A stretch of 64,000 nucleotides of DNA from Promethearchaeota archaeon Loki_b32 (GCA_005223125.1 NJBH01000005.1:32001-96000), one strand, 5' to 3'. Counted from the first letter of the stretch, positions 10,112-21,444 are shown. Translations and numbers: made by a program. The notes: generated by a model from the sequence alone, not told the origin.

Positions 10112-10125
10112 TATTAAAATTTTTC
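10112..10125 (-). promoter_or_regulatory. Putative BRE/TATA promoter for the leuS leader transcript
   Basis: Minus strand GAAAAATTTTAATA lies about 24 nt before ATG 10088, the spacing expected for a leaderless archaeal transcript. Confidence 0.5.
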
Positions 10126-10294
10126 TAGATTCTTTATTATTCAAGCACTAAGATTATTGTTAAATTTAATTCTATCGCGATAACTCGTTTTTTTAAATTA
10201 GTGCAAATTGTTAAATATATCCTCTTATTTCATTTTTTAAACCTCTAATTGAAATATTATTAATTATTAAAGAGCATTTGGGGATAGGGATATC

Positions 10295-13200
10295 TTGAAG
10301 GAATCGAAAATAAATAAGGAAATTAACGTAGCAATAAAATCAGAAGAAAATTTTCTCGCAATTCTTAATTCTTTAACCGATCCTATGCATATTATTGATA
10401 GAGAATACAATATCCAATTTTTAAATTCAGCTATGGTACTATGGCTTAATAAATTGAACATAAATTCTGATCTTGTTGGTAAAACTCTTTTTGAAGAGTT
10501 TCCTCTCTTAGAATATGATAAAATCCATAACGAATATGACAAAGTCTTCAAAACTGGCGAACTTTTGATAACAAAAGAAGCAACTAAGCTAACTAAAGGT
10601 ATTATATTTACTGAGACTCTAAAAATTCCAGTTAAAAGTAATGGTAAAGTTGAGCAAGTTATAACGATTATGCGAGACATTACGGAACAAAAGAAAGCAG
10701 AAGAAAAATTAAAAGCATCTGAAGAGAAGTATAAGAATATTATCAGTAACCTTATGGATATAATAATAATATTAGATCTTAAAGGCAATTTCTTATATGT
10801 CAGTCCACAAATCTATGATATTTCTGGATTTAAACAAAAAGAGATAATCGGAAAAAATGGTTTCAAGTTGATGCACCCAGATGATATCAATAAGACTACT
10901 AGTGTATTAAAGGAGGCTATAGAACAGAAGAAGAGAATTTATATCGAATATCGCACATTACATAAGCAAGGTCATTATATAGAGGTATCTGCAAGTGGTA
11001 GGATTGTAAATATAGAAGGAGAAGATCGAATTTTCGCAGTAGTAAGAGACATTTCTGAGCATAAAATTTCTGAGCAAAAATTAAAAGAATCAGAAGAAAA
11101 ATATCGTCTAATTACTGAAAATGCAAATGATATGATTGCTATTTTAAATAACAAAATGGAGTATGAATATGTAAATGAAGCTGCTTTTCTAAATATTATG
11201 GGTAGAACTAAAGATGATTTAATTGGATATAATTCTTTACATTGGGCTCATCCTGATGATATTGAAAAATCTATAAATGCTTTTAAAGATGGTTGGGAGA
11301 AAGGAGAAGCATTTATCCAAGCAAGATTCAGAGATACACAAGAAAAATATCATTCGCTCGAAGTAAGAGGAAAATTAATTATTGATCATAAAGGAGAAAA
11401 AAAGGTTTTAATAGTCTCACGAGATATTTCAGAAAGAAAGGAGGCCGAACAGAAATTAAAAGATTCTGAAGAAAAATATCGATATTTAATTGAAAATTCT
11501 ATTGAGGGTGTTTGGGTAATAGATTCTGAAGCAAAAACAATCCTAGTTAATCCTAGTATGGCACATATTTTAGGTTATACGGTAGAAGAAATGATTGGAA
11601 AATCTTTATTCTCATTTACAAATGAAGAACAGGTAAAAATTACCAAAAATCATTTAGAGAAAAGAAAGAAAGGCATCTCTGAAGAAAGAGACGCCTACTT
11701 GCTTCATAAAGACGGAAATAAGGTTTATCTGAGAATAAGAGCAACCCCTATTTTCGACAGTGAAGGTAATTATGAAGGAACATATGCTTTTTTGGCAGAT
11801 ATAACCCAAAAAATGTTAGCGGAACAGAAATTGAAAGAATCGGAAGAAAGATTTAGAACATTATTTGAAATCGCTCCCGCTTCTATTTCTGTTTTAGATT
11901 TAGATGGGAATATTATCTTAAGCAACCAGAAATTTTGTAATCTTCATGGTGTGAAAAACCCAGAACTATTGGAAGGAAGGAAAATTTTAGAATTCATAGC
12001 AGAAAAAGATTGGTCAAAATTAAAGGAAGCTATGAAAAAGTCTTTTGAAGGATTACCCAGAGGACTTAATCAATATACAATGCTTAAAGATAATGGAACA
12101 GAATTTCCTGCCGAAGCAATTAGTTCAGGTATTAAAAATAAAAAAGGTGAAATTATAGGTCTTATAGGAGTTGCTCAGGATATTACAGAACGTAATATTG
12201 CTGAGCAAAAACTAAAGGAATCTGAAGAAAAATATTCACATCTTTTCAAGAGTTCTCCGTACTCAATCCTAATTGCTAATATGAATGGAAAAGTAATTGA
12301 TTGTAACTTTTTAGAAGATAAAATAACAGGATATTTAAAAGAGGAAATAATCGGTAAAAACATGCTTGATATACCAATGTTTCCGAAAGAGTATCTTCCT
12401 ATAGTGATTAAAGATTTCAAAACTCTACTAAAAGGAAGAATTCCCAAACCTAATGAAATACAGATTCGAAAGAAAAATGGAACTCTGGTGTGGGTACAGC
12501 CGACTGCTTCTATTTTTAAAATCGAAGGTGAATCTTACATGTAGATTATAATGCAAGAGATTACTGAAAGAAAGAATTCTGAAGAAAAATTAAAAGAATC
12601 CGAAGAAAAATTCAGAACTATTGCAGAACAATCTTTCTTAGGTATTGCTATTCTACAAAATGATACTGTTAGTTATGTTAATGAGCAACTTGCTTATAAA
12701 TTTGGTTATACCACAGAGGAAATTATGAAGTGGGGAGTAGGAGGTTTTATGAAAGTTATATATCCCGATGATAGAAAAATGGTTGCTGAGCAAGCTAAGA
12801 AAAAGCAATCGGGTGAACCAGATACTGTTAATCAATATCAATTCAGAGGAATAAAAAAGAATGGAAATATAATATGGTTAGAAATATTTTCAAAAACAAT
12901 TAATTATAAGGGAAAACCAGCTGATTTTGTTACAATTCACGATATAACTGAAGAGAAGCTAGCTGGACAAAAATTAAAAGAATCTGAAGAAAATTTCAGA
13001 ACTATTGCTGAACAAGCTTTTATGGGAACTTTAATAATTCAAAATGATCAAGTGACGTATGTGAATGATGCTTTGCTTCAAATCTTTGAGTTCTCGCAAG
13101 ATGAAGTTAATTATTGGAAGAAAGATAATCTACTCAAACTAATTCATCCTGAAGATTTACATTATCTAAGAGAATATCGCGAACAATTACGAAGTGGTGA

Positions 13201-14075
13201 ATCTGATATAAAGCCGTATTATTCTTATAGAGTTTTCACCAAATATGGTAAGATAAAATGGATCGATCAGTTCTCAAGACCTATTATTTATCGAGGGAAA
13301 CCAGCAGAATTAGTCACCATCATGGATATTACTGAGAAAAAAAAAAGCCGAACAAGAATTAGTAAAACTCAACAGCTTAAAATCGGAGCTTCTTAGAAGA
13401 ACTTCCCATGAGTTAAAAACACCTCTTGTCTCAATTAAGGGATTTTCTGATCTTTTATTAACTGTACATAAAGAAAAATTAGATGATTATGTGTTAGCTA
13501 CTATTCATGAAATAAGACTCGGATGTGAAAGGCTAGAAAGTCTTATCCAAGATATTTTAAAAACATCTGAATTAGAAGCTGAATCAGTTGAGTTAAAAAA
13601 ATCAGAAGAAGATTTATCATTTTTAATAAAATTGTGTATAAAGGAATTACAAGGCTTAATAAGGTTAAGAAATCATGAAACCAGCATAGATATACATGAT
13701 AAGTTAATAACTAGCTTTGAACCAGGCCAAATCCATCTTGTAATTAGCAATTTACTTAATAATGCAATAAAATATACTCCACCTAATGGTAAAATTGAAG
13801 TTAAATCTGCTATAACAGATAATTCTATTTTAATTTCGATCCATGATAATGGAATCGGAATAACCAATGAAGAAAAAAAAAGGTTATTCTCCCAATTTGG
13901 AAAAATTGAACGATACGGACAAGGGCTTGACATAATATCCGATGGTTCTGGTTTAGGATTATATATAACCAAAAGAATTGTAGAATTGCATGGTGGAAAG
14001 ATATGGGTTAAATCTAAAGGAAGAAACAAAGGTTCTACCTTCAATTTTACTCTTCCATTAATTATTGAGAAATAA
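10295..14075 (+). pseudogene. Multi-PAS histidine kinase interrupted by an in-frame TAG (12542-12544) and a +1 frameshift in an A10 run (13337-13346)
   Basis: ORFs 10295..12544 and 12551..13396 are in frame (ESYM*IIMQEITERK). Removing one A gives EKKKAEQELVKLNSLKSELLRRTSHELKTP, joining the HATPase ORF 13491..14075. Confidence 0.88.
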
Positions 14076-14181
14076 AATAAATAAACAAAATCTCAACATT
14101 TTTGTCTAGAACTCTTAAAACTTTTAAACCTTCCATTTACTATATAGAGTTAAATTATATTAATTATAATTGTGAATTCAT

Positions 14182-15636
14182 ATGGTCGAGTTTAATCCAC
14201 AAATTTTAAGTAGAGAGGAATTAAGGGCAATTTCTGCAGGTGTGAATAAAGAAGAATTACTCTTTTTTGATAAACATTGTATAAATGTCTATTATGAACA
14301 AAATGTATTAATTGAAGCGAAAGAACCAGGTTCTCCATGGGTTGTAGTAAGAGATTTTAAAACAGGAGAACAAACTGAAATTTTAGATTGTACATCTCAA
14401 AATTGGACGTTAGCATTAGGTTTTGCTAACCCTGATATTAATTATGCCGTGGCAGAACAGATGAAAAGATTGACTCATATTAAATCGGATGTAGTATCTC
14501 CATCCCGAGCTAAGTTTATAAATAAATTGTCTGAATTGTCTCCAGGTAGATTGAAGGGAGGAAGAGTTCATATAAATAATGAAGGGGGTAGTTTAGCAAT
14601 CGAAGCTGCCATAAAGCTTGCGTTAGTAGCATCTAGAGATGGAGATCATTTTTTAACTTTTAGAGGGGGATATCATGGGAATACATTAGCTATGTTAGCA
14701 GCTTCTCAACCTTTCCATCCAATAACAAGATTTAGAACTTTCGGGGTAGATTTTTTTACACGAGTTCCACAACCATATTGTTATCGATGTCTATGGAACT
14801 ATAAAAACGGTTTATATGGTCAAAAAGATCCTCAGTGCAATATGGAGTGTTTCGATTTAGTTAAAGAATATTTGATGAATTTGACAACAAGAAAGCTCGC
14901 GGGAGTAATTTTAGAACCTTATCAAGCAGCAGGCGGTCATATTCCCTTTCCACCCGATTTTCTTATAAAATTAAGAGAAACATGTGAAGAAGAAAAGATT
15001 TTTATTATATTTGATGAATCTCAGACAGCTGTTTGGAGAACTGGGAGATATTTTACTCTAACTGAAAAATATGAGAAAGAAAATGGATTAGATGTATCTC
15101 CTGATATGATGTGCTTTACTAAAGCTCTTGGGGGAGGTTTCCCATTGGGTGCGATGATAGCCTCTACCAAAATTAAGAAAAGATTTACAGCCGCAGAAGA
15201 TCACACAACCTTTTGTAATACACCGATTGGTTGTACAGCGGGTCTTGCTTCTTTTATGGTTATAGAAAAAGCAAAAATTGGAGAAAATTGCGAAGAAAGA
15301 GGGAAGCAGATAACTAGACGATTAAAAGAACTCCAAGAAAAATATGATATGATAGGTGATATTCGAGGTCCAGGCTTGTTTATAGGAATTGAGCTAGTAA
15401 AAGATCAAAAGTCAAGAGAACCTTTTACAGAACTTATGGAAGATATGCTTCATGAGGGTGTAAGACAGAATATATTCTTTGGACCTAGTATGCCTTATCT
15501 TAGTGGAACAGGTAAATTACTAATGCGAAATTTAATAAAAATAAAGCCCCCATTAAATATTACTGAAAAAGATGCTGAATTTATCTGTGATAAATTTGAA
15601 AGCGTACTAAAAGCATCGATTAATAATTTGAAATAG
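14182..15636 (+). CDS. Class III PLP-dependent aminotransferase (GabT/ArgD-like)
   Basis: GGYHGNT, ILEPYQAAGG, IFDESQT, FTKALGGGFP (PLP Lys), IRGPGLFIGIELV. Confidence 0.92.
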   Translation: MVEFNPQILSREELRAISAGVNKEELLFFDKHCINVYYEQNVLIEAKEPGSPWVVVRDFKTGEQTEILDCTSQNWTLALGFANPDINYAVAEQMKRLTHIKSDVVSPSRAKFINKLSELSPGRLKGGRVHINNEGGSLAIEAAIKLALVASRDGDHFLTFRGGYHGNTLAMLAASQPFHPITRFRTFGVDFFTRVPQPYCYRCLWNYKNGLYGQKDPQCNMECFDLVKEYLMNLTTRKLAGVILEPYQAAGGHIPFPPDFLIKLRETCEEEKIFIIFDESQTAVWRTGRYFTLTEKYEKENGLDVSPDMMCFTKALGGGFPLGAMIASTKIKKRFTAAEDHTTFCNTPIGCTAGLASFMVIEKAKIGENCEERGKQITRRLKELQEKYDMIGDIRGPGLFIGIELVKDQKSREPFTELMEDMLHEGVRQNIFFGPSMPYLSGTGKLLMRNLIKIKPPLNITEKDAEFICDKFESVLKASINNLK

Positions 15637-15904
15637 CTTGAATTAAGAAAATGAATTAAGGTTGCGATGTTTGAATTTAAGATTTTTCTTGTGATATAAA
15701 GCTTAAATACTGAATAGATTTTGGCTTAATGGAAACTTCATTTTTATTATATGGAATTTCAAGGGTCCAATTTTTATTTCTTTCAAATATAATTCTGTCA
15801 TTTCTTTTTCAAAAGGTATAAAAAAGCCAAAGTTTTTTATTTTTGGTCTCTTACCATTTATTAATTCTTTAGAAATTAAAGAATTTTGAAAAAAGTAATA
15901 AAAT

Positions 15905-16177
15905 TTGGTTTTAAAATTGGTAAAAGGAACAGTAAAATGGTTTAACAGCCGTAAAGGCTTCGGATTTATAAATTCTGACGAAGGAGGCGATGTTTTTGTT
16001 CATTACACCGCATTATCTGGCGGAGACGACGAATATAAAACTTTAAATGAAAATGACAAAGTTGAGTTTGATGTTGTCGACGGTCAAAAAGGACCGCAAG
16101 CTAGCAACGTTGTAGTGACTGAAAAAGCCCCTCCTAATCCATATAATAGAGGCAGAGGAAGAAATTTTCGCTTTTAA
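15905..16177 (+). CDS. Cold-shock domain protein with RG-rich tail
   Basis: [14 protein letters not shown] (RNP1), DVFVHY (RNP2), KGPQASNV; tail [10 protein letters not shown]. Confidence 0.95.
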   Translation: MVLKLVKGTVKWFNSRKGFGFINSDEGGDVFVHYTALSGGDDEYKTLNENDKVEFDVVDGQKGPQASNVVVTEKAPPNPYNRGRGRNFRF

Positions 16178-16351
16178 ATTATAAGTCTTTGTAAATCTAC
16201 AAAAAGGGAAATATAATATAAGAAATAAATAATAATTAAAAAAAAGAAAAAAATCTGTTTTTGTAATTGTTATCGAATCTTATCTTTTTTTTTATTTTAT
16301 TTTTAATTGTCATTCTTAAATTGTATCTTCTATTTTATTGAAGAGAATATC

Positions 16352-16389
16352 ATAATAAAGGATATAAATATTATAATAAAGGATATAAA
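16352..16389. repeat. 17-bp direct repeat ATAATAAAGGATATAAA (two copies)
   Basis: Copies at 16352-16368 and 16373-16389, between convergent genes. Confidence 0.7.
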
Positions 16390-16412
16390 CAGTAAAGTAA
16401 AATAAAAATAAA

Positions 16413-18410
16413 TTATTGAAGCTTATCTTTCATCTCCAAGTAGAAATCTAGTGATTCTGGGTTTCTAAGAGCTCCACGGTTAGTCACTTCCATTCCGTGG
16501 ATAATTTTTGTAACGGCAATTTCGACTTTCTTGTTACTAAAGGTATAAGGTATGCCATCTGGGGGGGCTTGAAAGATTAGTTTAGGCACATGTCTTGGGG
16601 AGGTTTTTTTTCGTAGAGTTTGCTTTATTTTCACTTTTAAATCATCGTTTAGATCATATCCTTCATTTACCAATACGAACATTAATATTCTGATATCACC
16701 ACTGAACTTTTGACCAATCACTAAGGAATCTGCTATTTCTGGTAGTTGTTCAACGACATTATAGATTTCTGCAGTTCCTATTCTTACACCACTGGGCTTA
16801 AGTACGGCATCCGAACGTCCCCAAAATGTAATTCCACCAGTATCACTATGAATAACTATATAATCCCCATGCCTCCATATCATTTTTCCTACATCCTTAT
16901 AATAATCAAAATACGCGGCTTTATATTTTGTCATGTTATCATCATCACCCCAGAAATGAGTTGGCATTGAAGGAGCAGGTGCCTCACATACGAGTTCTGC
17001 TTGCTCGTCTTCAATGGGTTCTGCATTTTCGGAATAAGACTCAACTTTCATTGCTAAAGCTCGACCTTGTAATTCTCCAGAATATACCGGAAGAATAGGT
17101 ATTGCTCCCGCAAAACAACCATTTATATCAGTTCCCCCACTTATTGAATTAAAAAACAAGTCTTTCTTAATTTCTCTATATACATACTCGAATCCTTCTG
17201 GAGAAAGTGTAGATGCGGTTTGTGAGATTTCTCTTAGCGTACTTAAGTCATATTTTTCAGCTGGTTTAACCCCAAGACTCATGAGATAATGAATATAAGC
17301 TGCACTTGTACCGAAAATTGTTATTTTATGTTTTTCTATTAATTCAAAGAATCTAAGAGGATCGGGATAGAGGGGATTCCCATCATATAAAAAGATTGTT
17401 GCTCCCACTGCTAGTGCACTAATCAACCAATTCCACATCATCCAACTTGGAGCGGTAATATAATTTATAATATCGCTCCTTTTGCAGTCAGTAGAAAGGA
17501 TTAACTCTTTTAAATGATTGATAAGCACGCCTCCAGCACTCTGTACCATGCATTTTGGCTTCCCAGTTGTTCCCGAGGAAAACATTACATATAATGGATG
17601 ATCAAATGGTAATTGCTCAAATTCTAGTGGGGGATCAGTATCTTTAGAAATAAAATCCTCCCAGTTTACTGCTTTAGGAATACTACTTACATCACACTTT
17701 CCTTCAGTTACATAGGATACTACTATTACTTTTTCTATTGAAGGAATAGCCTCAACAACGGCTTTTACATTTTCTCTTATATCAAACACTTTATCTCTAT
17801 AAAAATATCCGTCCACAGTAAAGAGAATTTTAGGCTCAATTTGACTAAATCTATCGATCACCGCACTTGGTTGAAGTTCACCACCACAAGATGCCCATGT
17901 ACCACCTAAAGCTACAGCTGCGAGCATAGCAACAGGTGTTTCGATTAAGTTTGGAATAAAAGATACCACTCTATCTCCTACATTAACACCGGCTTCCTTT
18001 AGAGATTTAGCTAAGCGAGCCACAGTTTTATTCAATTCAGCATAAGTAATTTGCTTCGATACTTTGGTTTCACCTTGGAAGTCGAAGGCTAATTGATCAT
18101 CCTTATACTTCAAAAGGTTTTCAGCAAAGTTTAATTCCGCTCCAGGAAACCATTTTGTACCAGGAAAAACATTTAAGTCTTCTACTACTTTGTTAAAAGG
18201 TTTAGAAGCAATAATACCCGAAAATTTCCACATAGCATCCCAGAAATCTGGTATCTGTTCTACGGACCATTTGTATAGATCTTTCCCTCCTTTCAAATTC
18301 TGATCGTATTTTTTATTGACAAATTCAATAAAGCGGGTTGCTTCCGCGTTTTTAATCCACTTTTCAGATGGTTCCCATAGTTTTTTTCTTACATCACTCA
18401 TATTTTTCAC
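16413..18410 (-). CDS. Acetoacetate--CoA ligase
   Basis: WFPGAELNFAENLL, FSSGTTGKPKC, SWMMWNWL, SISGGTDI, GRSDAVLKPSGVRIGTAEIY. Confidence 0.93.
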   Translation of the reverse strand: MKNMSDVRKKLWEPSEKWIKNAEATRFIEFVNKKYDQNLKGGKDLYKWSVEQIPDFWDAMWKFSGIIASKPFNKVVEDLNVFPGTKWFPGAELNFAENLLKYKDDQLAFDFQGETKVSKQITYAELNKTVARLAKSLKEAGVNVGDRVVSFIPNLIETPVAMLAAVALGGTWASCGGELQPSAVIDRFSQIEPKILFTVDGYFYRDKVFDIRENVKAVVEAIPSIEKVIVVSYVTEGKCDVSSIPKAVNWEDFISKDTDPPLEFEQLPFDHPLYVMFSSGTTGKPKCMVQSAGGVLINHLKELILSTDCKRSDIINYITAPSWMMWNWLISALAVGATIFLYDGNPLYPDPLRFFELIEKHKITIFGTSAAYIHYLMSLGVKPAEKYDLSTLREISQTASTLSPEGFEYVYREIKKDLFFNSISGGTDINGCFAGAIPILPVYSGELQGRALAMKVESYSENAEPIEDEQAELVCEAPAPSMPTHFWGDDDNMTKYKAAYFDYYKDVGKMIWRHGDYIVIHSDTGGITFWGRSDAVLKPSGVRIGTAEIYNVVEQLPEIADSLVIGQKFSGDIRILMFVLVNEGYDLNDDLKVKIKQTLRKKTSPRHVPKLIFQAPPDGIPYTFSNKKVEIAVTKIIHGMEVTNRGALRNPESLDFYLEMKDKLQ

Positions 18411-18597
18411 AATATATATCTATTATATCATTTTATAAAATTGAATTAAATAATTATTGAATATTGTGTAATAATGTTATCACATAATAATCGATATAAT
18501 AAGAATTAAACGTTTAGAACTTAGATTATATTGAGATAATCAAAAATGAACTAACAAGAATCAGTCAGATAAATATATTAAACCAGATTGATGATTT

Positions 18598-19017
18598 TTA
18601 TGTTGCTGCTAAAATTTCTGGTGGCTTAATTACTCTGTCAATAATATGAATTATCCCGTTTGAAGTAAAGATATCAGCTATTATTACCTTTGCCTTATTT
18701 ATTATTAAATCCTCGTCAGATTTAATTTCTAAATCCGGACCTAATAAAGTTGTAAGATTTTTCTCTAAAGATAATATTTTCGAATCATGTTCACCAGGAA
18801 CAATATGATAGTGAATAACATCTCTCATGAATTTAGTATCTCCCATTATTTCTGTTAATTTTTCAGAAGGAATTTTACCAAAAGCATCATTATTAGGTAC
18901 AAAAATCGTAATTGGCCCCTTTCCCGATAATTCCTCAAAAACTCCTGTTAATTTTAGCATCTGAACAAATGTATAAAGATTTGTATCTTGCTTTAAAATC
19001 TCAATAATTTTATCCAT
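18598..19017 (-). CDS. Fasciclin (FAS1) domain protein, no signal peptide
   Basis: TIFVPNNDAF, YHIVPG, SNGIIHIIDRVI. Confidence 0.9.
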   Translation of the reverse strand: MDKIIEILKQDTNLYTFVQMLKLTGVFEELSGKGPITIFVPNNDAFGKIPSEKLTEIMGDTKFMRDVIHYHIVPGEHDSKILSLEKNLTTLLGPDLEIKSDEDLIINKAKVIIADIFTSNGIIHIIDRVIKPPEILAAT

Positions 19018-19138
19018 TTTAAATATACCTCCTCATTTCAATTTGCTATATATATGAATTTTTTAATGCCATAAATTCAGATCAAAGATTAATATTTAAA
19101 GATTTCTTTTTACCATTTTATCTATTTAGACTTAGCTA

Positions 19139-20632
19139 TTAGAGAACTTTGTCTAAAACTTTTTGCTTATATTCAACATATTTACAAACTTTTGCTAATG
19201 CATTTACAGGTCTATCCCATAATTTAAAAAGAATAACACCATTCTTTCGAAGTTTTTTAGACCATGGACTATTAAAATTCATAGGGTTAACATAGAAGAT
19301 AGGTACAGAATATTTTTTTGAGTTTTTCATTGTAGGATGGAGTAATTTCTGCGCTAATTTGTCTACAAATTCATCTGGTTGATGTTGAAATTCAGCATAT
19401 TTAGCAATTTGATCAAATTTTAGATATTCATCCAAGACTTCTTGGAATCCCACTACGCCATACTGAATTATCGCATCAATTTCTCCCGATTTCATCAACC
19501 TTTCAGGTAAAGTAATATAAAAATAAGGTAAATCCATATCAAAAGTACAATCTACAGGATTCTTAAAACTCGCAGTTGGGGGTAAATTATTTTTCAATTC
19601 TTTTTGAAGAGACTCTGAAAATTCTGGAACTATTAAACCATGATTTTCAGCGTTATTTGCAACCATTGCTCCCGGACCCCCCGAATTTGTTATAATACCA
19701 AGTCTTTTTCCTTTAGGTATTATTCCTTTTGAAAAAATAAGAGCAATATCTAAAAATTCTTGAACGTAATCAGTTTTTATTATACCTGTGTCTTTAAAGA
19801 CTCCTTCATATATTTTAGAATTTCCTGCGAGAGATCCCGTATGGCTTTGCAATGCTCGATTACCTGCTTTAGAACCACCAACATAAATTGCGATTACAGG
19901 CTTTTTTAGAGTAATTTCTTTTGCTATCGCTAAGAATTTTTTGCCTCTTTTAAGCTCTTCAATATATAAACCTATAATTTCTGTATATTTGTCGTCTTTG
20001 TAATACTCAAGGCAATCTACAATATCTACATTCGCTTCATTGCCTACAGATAAAGATCGACTTAACCCTAGATCTAAATTCTCAGGATCATACCATATAT
20101 GACAGGAAAGAGTACCAGATTGGGATGCAATTGAAAATCTACTCCTCTTGAGATTTTCCCAAATAAAGATATTAAAGGATTTATTTTCTTCTTCTGGGCC
20201 ATACCAATTATTGTAAACACCCAAACAATTTGGACCAATAAATCTTATTCCATATTCATCTGCAATATTTTTGATTTCTTTTGTTAGAGTATTTTTACGC
20301 TCCCCTATTAGTTCACGGAACCCTCCAGATATTAAAACTATTCTTTTCACACCTTTTATTCCGCATTCTCTAAAAATTTGAGGAACAGCTTTAGCAGGAA
20401 GAACAATGACAACAAGATCGGGGATCTCTGGAACCTCAGTAATTGATTTATAAGCTTTAAAACCCATTACCGAATCTAATTTAAGATGAATTGGATACAC
20501 ATTCCCATCGTAGCTTGATTTAATTAAATTCATAATCTGAAGGCCAGCTAAAGAATTGCCTTTATTATTCGCTCCATAAATAGCGACACTTTGGGGGTTC
20601 AAAAATCCATGTAAGAAGTGAGATTCATTCAT
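19139..20632 (-). CDS. ADP-forming acyl-CoA synthetase alpha subunit (CoA-binding)
   Basis: PQSVAIYGA, FIGPNCLG, SQSG, SHTGSLAG (phospho-His), TNSGGPG, NPVD. Confidence 0.9.
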   Translation of the reverse strand: MNESHFLHGFLNPQSVAIYGANNKGNSLAGLQIMNLIKSSYDGNVYPIHLKLDSVMGFKAYKSITEVPEIPDLVVIVLPAKAVPQIFRECGIKGVKRIVLISGGFRELIGERKNTLTKEIKNIADEYGIRFIGPNCLGVYNNWYGPEEENKSFNIFIWENLKRSRFSIASQSGTLSCHIWYDPENLDLGLSRSLSVGNEANVDIVDCLEYYKDDKYTEIIGLYIEELKRGKKFLAIAKEITLKKPVIAIYVGGSKAGNRALQSHTGSLAGNSKIYEGVFKDTGIIKTDYVQEFLDIALIFSKGIIPKGKRLGIITNSGGPGAMVANNAENHGLIVPEFSESLQKELKNNLPPTASFKNPVDCTFDMDLPYFYITLPERLMKSGEIDAIIQYGVVGFQEVLDEYLKFDQIAKYAEFQHQPDEFVDKLAQKLLHPTMKNSKKYSVPIFYVNPMNFNSPWSKKLRKNGVILFKLWDRPVNALAKVCKYVEYKQKVLDKVL

Positions 20633-20775
20633 TTATATTCCCTTATATCAAAAAATATTCCATGATTTTAAAACCTAAATTTTTATACCAAGAATAAAAC
20701 TAATAAGAAAACTGTTTTAATATTTTTTAATAAAAAAAAAATTAATTATTTAATAAGAGAAATATAATTAGGCAG

Positions 20776-21093
20776 TTATTCTTCTTCCGCTGCTTTTTTC
20801 GCTATTTTTTCTTTAATTTTATCCCATGCTTTATCAATTGCTTTTTCAACTGCCTTATCTGTTAATTTTTTTATGATATCATTATCAAGCTGAGGTTCAA
20901 TTTGTTCCATTACTTTCTCATGTATTTTTCCTTTAACCTCATCTTCAATGATTTCACCTAAAGATGCATCTTCATCTTCAGCCAAATGTCCAGCAATTGT
21001 ATCAATCAATTCCTTGACTTTTTCCAAGATTGCAGGATCTAATCCTTTTGGAATTTCAGGTTTCTTTATTTTCGGAACTTTAAACGGACTCAA
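20776..21093 (-). CDS. Hypothetical charged helical protein
   Basis: 105-aa ORF with plausible composition. Confidence 0.7.
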   Translation of the reverse strand: MSPFKVPKIKKPEIPKGLDPAILEKVKELIDTIAGHLAEDEDASLGEIIEDEVKGKIHEKVMEQIEPQLDNDIIKKLTDKAVEKAIDKAWDKIKEKIAKKAAEEE

Positions 21094-21166
21094 ATAAGCT
21101 CACTTATTATTGATTTTAATGATTTGAATTACGGTATAATAAACAAAATAGTAATCTTATTTAAAT

Positions 21167-21355
21167 TTAGATATCTCTAAATGGGGCGTTGAAAAAGCTA
21201 CGATCCCTAATCGTCTAATTAATTTTTCGGACACTAAAGGCTCTGTTGATGCATCGAGACCAGAATTCGGCACACATAATGAAGAAATTTACTGCAATTT
21301 ATTAGGTTATAGCCGAGATGAACTTAAGAATTGGAAGCGAAAAAAAATTATATGA
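21167..21355 (+). pseudogene. C-terminal remnant of a family III CoA-transferase (CaiB/BaiF)
   Basis: Manual translation LDISKWGVEKATIPNRLINFSDTKGSVDASRPEFGTHNEEIYCNLLGYSRDELKNWKRKKII*, resembling the PxLGEHxxEI..LGYS..E C-terminus. No start codon; in-frame TAA at 21152. Confidence 0.75.
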
Positions 21356-21444
21356 ACAGAATGAGTAAATAAGAAAAAGAAGTATGGATTTTAATATTTA
21401 GTAAAATTATTTTACATAATTTATTCAAAAAAAAGTGTTATATT

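Noticed and set aside
10267-10788. Antisense ORFs within long genes (also 2669, 12175, 12653, 13673, 16746, 23475, 26258, 26751, 31720, 36554, 40628, 43539, 50658, 52245, 55810, 57616 and similar)
   Set aside because: They overlap well-supported genes on the opposite strand and carry no motifs.
12542-12544. TAG recoding (pyrrolysine or Gln) to explain the in-frame amber codon
   Set aside because: TAG ends intact genes in this window (e.g. at 15636, 53334, 58612), no pyl genes are visible, and the same gene has a second lesion.
16352-16389. Direct repeat as CRISPR remnant or target-site duplication
   Set aside because: Only two copies 4 nt apart, with no spacers, cas genes or transposase.
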